Shown: piece by piece, positions 58,814 through 64,000 of the stretch
Layout: each line of letters begins with the position of its first letter
How positions within the stretch are numbered: position 1 is the stretch's first letter
Assembly (NCBI GenBank): GCA_037142615.1
Contig: JBAXAI010000017.1
Span: 13,437-77,436, forward strand
Direction of reading: 5' to 3'
DNA: 64,000 bases
Source: Spirochaetales bacterium
GTDB lineage: Bacteria; Spirochaetota; Spirochaetia; JABEVK01
Notes under the pieces: generated by a model
Told to the model about the DNA's origin: nothing
The model's database searches: none
Seen by the model: the letters and a program-made list of their open reading frames with translations, nothing else
Position numbers and translations under genes: made by a program

Positions 58814-59715
58814 GCGGGGCTCCTTCGGGGGTTCTTGGGTTCGGGTTCGGCCTCGGCGCAGTCCTGCAGGCTCAGGGCACCGAGGCGCACCACGTCGCCC
58901 CAGTCGGCTGCCGAGGCCAGCGGGATGATGCGCCGCTCGCGCTGCGACGACTCCTGCCACCGATTGGCGATGCGGGCGACGCGAAACGGAAACAGCAGCA
59001 GGTTGGCGATTCCCTGCTCGCGTTCGTAGGGAAGCAGCAGCGGATGACCGCAGATGCTTCCGCTGAGTCCAGCCTCCTCAAGCGCCTCGGCTTTGGCGAC
59101 CTGTCTCGGCGTCCGGCCCGGCTCGGGCTGCCCCTTCGGAAAAATCCAACGGCGCCGGTCGCGGGTCGACACCAAGACCAGGTCGACACCGCGCCGGGTG
59201 GGCCGGAAGGGGATGACGCCGTACGACCAGGAGCCCCGCCCCACCTTCCACAGGCAAGGAGGCTCGCTCGCCGCTGCGAGCTCGCGAGGTTCAAATCGGC
59301 GATCGTAGGTGAGCTCGGGTCCGAAGGTTTCGGGCGGGACGAACCCGGTCCGGCTGTCGCGGTCGGGAAACCCCACCTCAACCGTCACGAGACCCGCCAG
59401 GGCCCCCTCGAAGCGGCGGATCAGGCCGGACCTGCCCGCGACCTCGCAGGCCTCTTCGCGGTAAGTCGCCCGGCGCCCACGCGTACGGGGCCAGAGGGCG
59501 TCGAAGGCCTCGCCAGAAACGGGTTCCGACCACGACGGCGAAGCCGACAACCGTGGCTGAAGGCTCAGTTGGTACCGGCCCTCGGCCTCGACCAGGCCAA
59601 TGTCCCAGTCCCCGGTGTTGTCGAGAAAGCCGAGCCCCGTGAGGCCCGGGTTGGGCCCCGCAAGCCTGGCGGCCGAAGGGTCATACAGAAAGGTTCTTGT
59701 CTGGCTACGGTTCAT
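58810..59715 (-). CDS. CYTH-like (degenerate) + Nudix hydrolase fusion
   Basis: CYTH C-terminal pattern GLVTVEV...FVPPETFGPELTYDRRF; Nudix WIFPKG...EALEEAGL. Confidence 0.82.
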   Translation of the reverse strand: MNRSQTRTFLYDPSAARLAGPNPGLTGLGFLDNTGDWDIGLVEAEGRYQLSLQPRLSASPSWSEPVSGEAFDALWPRTRGRRATYREEACEVAGRSGLIRRFEGALAGLVTVEVGFPDRDSRTGFVPPETFGPELTYDRRFEPRELAAASEPPCLWKVGRGSWSYGVIPFRPTRRGVDLVLVSTRDRRRWIFPKGQPEPGRTPRQVAKAEALEEAGLSGSICGHPLLLPYEREQGIANLLLFPFRVARIANRWQESSQRERRIIPLASAADWGDVVRLGALSLQDCAEAEPEPKNPRRSPA

Positions 59716-61096
59716 GGCGGTACCTCAGACCCTGACGGAAGGCCTTCGACCCCAGAACCCGGGCGGCCTCGACCGCGCCCCGCTTGAGCTGTTCGTGCTC
59801 GGCAGCCAAAGAGCCCAAGAGCAGGCCAAAGGCCAAGGGATCCACCGAGGCGCCCCCGCTGCGGACTTCGGCCACCTGCCGCTTGAGGTGTTCGAGAAGA
59901 ACGGACCGGTCCTGAAAGTCACCCAGGGCCTGCTGGGTGCCCTTGAGCAGAATGAGCAGGTGCCTCCCTTGGGGAACGAGGGCACCTAGCCCCTCGAGAA
60001 CGTAGCGCAACCGCTTGGAGGCAACCCGCAGTTCGTGAAGCTGCACGTCGCCCGGCTCATCGCCGAGGGCTGCCAGGTCCTTGCGCAAGCGACGAGCCAC
60101 GCCCAAGAACCGGTTGGTGGTCAGCTCGCCCAACGTGAGAGGCTCACCGCGGGCCCCCAAGGCCCCGGCCAGCGAGACGATGTCGCTGCACAGCCGGGCG
60201 TAATCGGCTGACCTCAGCCACCGGCAGACCCGGGCCCGCTCGGCCGAGGCCTGGGCGACGGTCGCGGTCTGCCAGCCTTCCAGGGCCAGTCCCTCGCCCC
60301 ACGGCAGCCGCGCCCGGAGCGCGGGCAGGTCGAGCTCCAGCACCTCGAGGTCGCGCAGCGCATTGGTCTCTTGCTGAAGCCGCCTCAAGACATCCTTGAG
60401 CCGCGCCCACTCCGGCAGCCCTCGCCAAGGGATGCCCAGCGAGCACCACGAGCGGGCGCGGCGAAGGTGTACACGGTACTGGTGCAGGCACTCCGTGTCG
60501 ACGTTGTCCAAGACCCCGGCCTCGTACTGCCGGGCGACGCGAAAGCTATCGAGCAGCCGGGTGGCGATGCATGCGGCGGCCGGTTGGGATGCCTCGAGCT
60601 CGGCGGCCTGGGGCCCCTCAAACCGGTGCCCGGAGGGAACCCAACTTGGTAGGTCGGCGGACGCGCTCAGCATGCCTTCGGCGACAAACATCTGTTCGAA
60701 CGCCTTCAGGCGCTGTTCGTCGTCGGAACGCAACACCAGCCAGGACCGACGGCGAGCCTTGACGATGTGACCCTCGACGAGTGGGCGACCTTCGGCTTCC
60801 CAAGCCACGGTGCGGACTCTCAGGGTCAGTTTGCCTAGGTAGACAGGGGCCTGCAAGCCGAACTCGCCGGCGTCGGCGCTCAAGGGGAACAGTGCCGGCG
60901 GTGCCACGCGGGCAAACCCGCTGGAAGTCCTGACCCACACCTGTCCTCGGGCTTGCCAGCGATGGTCGTAGGTGTCGAAACACTGGGCTTCGACGACGGA
61001 CTCGGGCCCGAGCGTTCCGGGGAACCGAAGAAAGAAGTACGTGAGGTACGACGACAGCGAACCGACCCGGCCAGGCAGAAAGACTGCGGTCCTCAC
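59705..61096 (-). CDS. CHAD domain protein with N-terminal CYTH-like remnant
   Basis: CFDTYDHRW; LHQYRVHLRRARS, LRDLEV, LHELRVASKRLRY, LGDFQD; start uncertain. Confidence 0.85.
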   Translation of the reverse strand: MRTAVFLPGRVGSLSSYLTYFFLRFPGTLGPESVVEAQCFDTYDHRWQARGQVWVRTSSGFARVAPPALFPLSADAGEFGLQAPVYLGKLTLRVRTVAWEAEGRPLVEGHIVKARRRSWLVLRSDDEQRLKAFEQMFVAEGMLSASADLPSWVPSGHRFEGPQAAELEASQPAAACIATRLLDSFRVARQYEAGVLDNVDTECLHQYRVHLRRARSWCSLGIPWRGLPEWARLKDVLRRLQQETNALRDLEVLELDLPALRARLPWGEGLALEGWQTATVAQASAERARVCRWLRSADYARLCSDIVSLAGALGARGEPLTLGELTTNRFLGVARRLRKDLAALGDEPGDVQLHELRVASKRLRYVLEGLGALVPQGRHLLILLKGTQQALGDFQDRSVLLEHLKRQVAEVRSGGASVDPLAFGLLLGSLAAEHEQLKRGAVEAARVLGSKAFRQGLRYRHEP

Positions 61097-61118
61097 GATG
61101 GGGCAGCCAACCGGTCCC

Positions 61119-61394
61119 TCAGTCGAACGCCGGAAGAGAAACGGGCTGGCGCAGCCGCGAGCGGGGACGCTGTTGATTCTGCGCGTCAATGGTTTGGTAG
61201 GCGGCCTGCAGGCGGTCCTTGGTGAGTGCATCAAGGCTTTCGAGGAACTCGTGCCATTCGGTGGGTGAATTGCAGGCCTCGAATCCGCGGCGACGCAGCG
61301 GCACGTCGAACTGGTTCCGGGCCTCGTCGTCTTCCAGGAGCCAACGTCCGAGGTCACAGAGGTTCTGAACTTCCAACCGCCGAGGTTTCCACAT
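61119..61394 (-). CDS. Small hypothetical protein upstream of the CHAD gene
   Basis: 91-aa ORF with ATG preceded by a TAGGCT -10-like hexamer and a PHO-like box. Confidence 0.55.
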   Translation of the reverse strand: MWKPRRLEVQNLCDLGRWLLEDDEARNQFDVPLRRRGFEACNSPTEWHEFLESLDALTKDRLQAAYQTIDAQNQQRPRSRLRQPVSLPAFD

Positions 61395-61429
61395 AGCCTA
61401 AAGCCTAGTCTCAATCGCAAGCCGGAATT

Positions 61430-61445
61430 GTGAGAAATTGGTTAG
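61430..61445 (-). promoter_or_regulatory. PHO-box-like repeat upstream of small ORF-CHAD unit
   Basis: CTAAC-CAATTT-CTCAC on minus strand. Confidence 0.55.
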
Positions 61446-61456
61446 TTCATTCGGCT

Positions 61457-63142
61457 TCACTCGCTTGGAACAGCGCCTTCCCAGAGAGGCAGACGTACCC
61501 GGAACACCGTCTTGCTGGGCACCGACTCGAAGGTGAGCTTGCCCCCGTGCTCGTCGACGATGGTCGAGACGATCTTGAGACCGAGGCCCATGCCCTCGCC
61601 GTTGGCCTTGGTGCTGAAGAACGGTTCGAGTACTTTTTCCTGAATGTCGGGCGGAATCCCCGGGCCAGAGTCCTTCACCTTCACCAGGGCCCAGGTCTTT
61701 CCGGAATCGACCTCGATCGAAAGCTTTCCCGAGGGCCCCATGGCCTGGATGGCGTTCATGACAAGATTGCTCCACACCTGCATCAGACGGTCGGGGTTCG
61801 CCTTGACCCAGGGACCTCGGTCGGGAAACTCCTTGCTGATCTTGATCCCCCGAGGGATTTGGCTCCGGTAGACCAAGAGGACGGTCTCGAGGTTGTGGGA
61901 GAGGTCGACAGCCACGACGGCGGTGTTGGCCTTCGGATTTTTGGCGTACCGGCGTAGCCCGTCGACCTGGTCGGCAAGTTTGGTACCCGAGAGGCGGACG
62001 ATCGACACCGCGCGCTCCCACTCCACAAGCACCGTGGCGCTTTGGAGGAGCGCCTCGGCACCCGGAGCCAAGAGCAGGGGCAGCCACGAATCGCGCAGTT
62101 CGTGCAGGCCCAAATCGGCGAGCACACGGGCCTTGGCTTCGGCATCGGGAAACCCGAAGTCCTTCAGGCGGCGGGCAAAGTCCTTGCGCAGTTCGCGCAC
62201 GCGCCGGGAGTCGAGCAGGTCGATGTCGGTTTGGGCCTGATCGATCACCTCGAGGAGCAAGGCCGCCTGATCGGACCCCAGCCTCGGAATCAGGTGGGTC
62301 CAGTCGGCCAGGATGCGGTTCGTGTGCGCTGTCAGGTGGTTCGCCGAGGCTTGGAGGGCGCCGAGCGGTGTGTTCATTTCGTGCGCGATGCCGGCCACGA
62401 TGCGCCCGAGCGATGCCAGTTTTTCGCCCTCGGCCAGCGATACGCTGGCCCTCTCCAAACGCTGCTGGCTTTCGACCAAGTCGGCGGTGCGCTGCTCGAT
62501 GAGGACTTCCATTTCTTTCTGCGAACGGGTGTGAAGGTGTGTGGTGCGCTGGAACACGGTCTGCAGGTACGCCAAGAGACCGGTCAACGCGCCGCTGATC
62601 AGAACGAACCGCGCCAGGGCCCCCAAGAGCTCGGCGTCATCCGCGGCAGAGAGCTTGGGATAGAGAAGGTAGAGCACGCTGAGAAACTCGGCAACGAGCG
62701 ACGCCAGAAAGCCGAACCAGAGCGACCAAGTGGACGCACCGAACAGCGTCTGCAGCACCAGGTTGACGAGCACAAAGGTGAGAAAATAGTCCGAAAGCAG
62801 AGGCGTGAGGGTGGTCTCCGGGGCCAAGAGCACCGAGAAGTAGCGGGCTACGAAGAGCAGAGGCAGGCCCCAGCCGTACACCACCAAGGCGCGGCTCACG
62901 TGGTTGCGCCGTACGAGGTCGAGGGTGATGGCTTGCCAGGCAGCCAAACCAAAGCCCACCAGCAGGGTGGCCGAGGCGGCGGTTGCCAAACTGTAGGCAA
63001 GGACCACCAGAACCAGCCCCAGACCAACCCACAGCACCGACACGAACAGCCTGGTGCGCGCCCTTTCCCAGTACGATTGCGGCGGCACCTGCCCCAGGGT
63101 CAAGTCAACGAGACGCGAGAACCAGGAAAACAACGGGGTCAC
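61457..63142 (-). CDS. Membrane sensor histidine kinase (orphan)
   Basis: About 6 TM, AHEMNTP, NLVMNA, DSGPGI, EPFFSTK, GMGLGL; GTG overlaps the GDPD stop. Confidence 0.92.
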   Translation of the reverse strand: MTPLFSWFSRLVDLTLGQVPPQSYWERARTRLFVSVLWVGLGLVLVVLAYSLATAASATLLVGFGLAAWQAITLDLVRRNHVSRALVVYGWGLPLLFVARYFSVLLAPETTLTPLLSDYFLTFVLVNLVLQTLFGASTWSLWFGFLASLVAEFLSVLYLLYPKLSAADDAELLGALARFVLISGALTGLLAYLQTVFQRTTHLHTRSQKEMEVLIEQRTADLVESQQRLERASVSLAEGEKLASLGRIVAGIAHEMNTPLGALQASANHLTAHTNRILADWTHLIPRLGSDQAALLLEVIDQAQTDIDLLDSRRVRELRKDFARRLKDFGFPDAEAKARVLADLGLHELRDSWLPLLLAPGAEALLQSATVLVEWERAVSIVRLSGTKLADQVDGLRRYAKNPKANTAVVAVDLSHNLETVLLVYRSQIPRGIKISKEFPDRGPWVKANPDRLMQVWSNLVMNAIQAMGPSGKLSIEVDSGKTWALVKVKDSGPGIPPDIQEKVLEPFFSTKANGEGMGLGLKIVSTIVDEHGGKLTFESVPSKTVFRVRLPLWEGAVPSE

Positions 63143-63873
63143 TCCGGTTCCTGTCGGCGCCGGAACGCCACCGCCCGCTCGGTCTCGTTGGTGATCAGGC
63201 CGTCGCAGTAGGGCCAGACGAGTTCCATCTCGGCCTCGGTGTTCACTGTCCAGACGAGCACCTTGACGCCGTACACCTGGCGCACGACGAAGGCCGTGAG
63301 CGTGGCCCGGGCGCGGCTGACGTTCTGGAAGTACAGGACGGGAACGTTGACCGACCAGGGGCGGTAGCGCCGGATGAGCGCCTGCACACTGGGTGCCCCG
63401 GGCGCGATGTGGCGTTGATCGAACAGGAGGGCCGTGCGGTAGCCCAGCTCGCGCCACGGGGGAAGCAGGGTGTGCTCGAACGATGAGATCAGCACGTTCT
63501 CAGGGTCGTAGTGGGCGCGGACAATCGCGTCGAGGGCGGTAGCGTCGCCGGGCGCAAGGGTCTCTTCCTTGAGTTCCAAGTTGAGCAGGATGGTCCTGGG
63601 AAGAGCCCGCAGCCAGTCCTTCAGCTCAGGGATCTCGACCGGCAGGTGGCGCCACACGGCCGCGTCAACATCGGCAACCTTGTCGGGCCGGCCGCTCAGG
63701 CGCTCGAGCGTGTGGTCGTGGAAGACAATGTAGGCGTCCTTGGCCTTCTGAACATCGAACTCCAGCCCGTCGGCGCCGGCCTCGAGGGCCAAACGGGCCG
63801 AGGTCAGGGTGTTCTCGGTGGCGCGCGGCGGGTAGCCGCGGTGGCCCAGGATGAGTTTGAGTTGCTGCTTCAT
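63139..63873 (-). CDS. ugpQ: Glycerophosphodiester phosphodiesterase (UgpQ/GlpQ-like)
   Basis: GHRG, ENT, EFDV, HD, NLELK, ISSF, WTVN, DGLITN. Confidence 0.9.
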   Translation of the reverse strand: MKQQLKLILGHRGYPPRATENTLTSARLALEAGADGLEFDVQKAKDAYIVFHDHTLERLSGRPDKVADVDAAVWRHLPVEIPELKDWLRALPRTILLNLELKEETLAPGDATALDAIVRAHYDPENVLISSFEHTLLPPWRELGYRTALLFDQRHIAPGAPSVQALIRRYRPWSVNVPVLYFQNVSRARATLTAFVVRQVYGVKVLVWTVNTEAEMELVWPYCDGLITNETERAVAFRRRQEPE

Positions 63874-63913
63874 GGGCGCACTGTAGCCCGGTCGTTCGCG
63901 CTTGGGAATGCGC

Positions 63914-63940
63914 CTCACAGATTTCTCACGCGAGTCTGAC
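63914..63940 (+). promoter_or_regulatory. PHO-box-like array pointing out of the window
   Basis: CTCAC-N6-CTCAC-N6-CTGAC. Confidence 0.6.
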
Positions 63941-64000
63941 ACGACCCTAGCCCGATCTTCTCACGAGGCGTTCGATGCTGACGTTTTCGGACCTGACGAA

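Noticed and set aside
61097-61420. N-terminal extension of CHAD to 571 aa
   Set aside because: The extension reads as non-protein-like and overlaps the better-supported 91-aa ORF and its promoter; the true CHAD start remains uncertain.
49118-64000. Prophage or ICE integrated at tRNA-Phe
   Set aside because: No integrase, phage or conjugation genes, and no att duplication seen in the window.

Overview
GC-rich bacterial chromosome segment, most likely from a free-living spirochaete (inferred from rpsT-hbb adjacency, two lnt genes, the surE/TPR/NHL and M23-bactofilin-YaaR blocks and spirochaete-type lipoboxes). Positions 1-49 kb are mostly housekeeping: a divergent xanthine-dehydrogenase-like trio, two heterodimeric ABC exporter pairs, rsmD, a stand-alone motAB, clpS-clpA-aat, surE, a degenerate galK-like gene, rho with a long disordered N-terminus, tatD, xth, dinB, an Rrf2 regulator, rlmG, suhB, a SelB-like protein without a G domain, and tRNA-Phe. 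The last ~13 kb is a phosphate-themed cluster: a CBS-PP2C/STAS/anti-sigma partner-switch module, an MCP, ugpB/E/A-like genes, a small ORF followed by coupled CHAD, CYTH-Nudix and ParA genes, an orphan histidine kinase and a glycerophosphodiesterase. Six upstream regions in this cluster share a variant PHO-box-like motif (CTCAC-N6 repeats with 11-bp period), in four cases exactly 10 nt before a -10-like hexamer. The best candidate for a new system is a phosphate-regulated ParA+CHAD polyphosphate-granule handling/positioning module within that putative regulon. Also seen: a uORF attenuator-like leader on an ABC exporter, many apparently leaderless genes, and a 49-bp direct repeat bracketing a kinase plus a lipoprotein pseudogene. 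All calls come from reading motifs by eye; no database searches were run.
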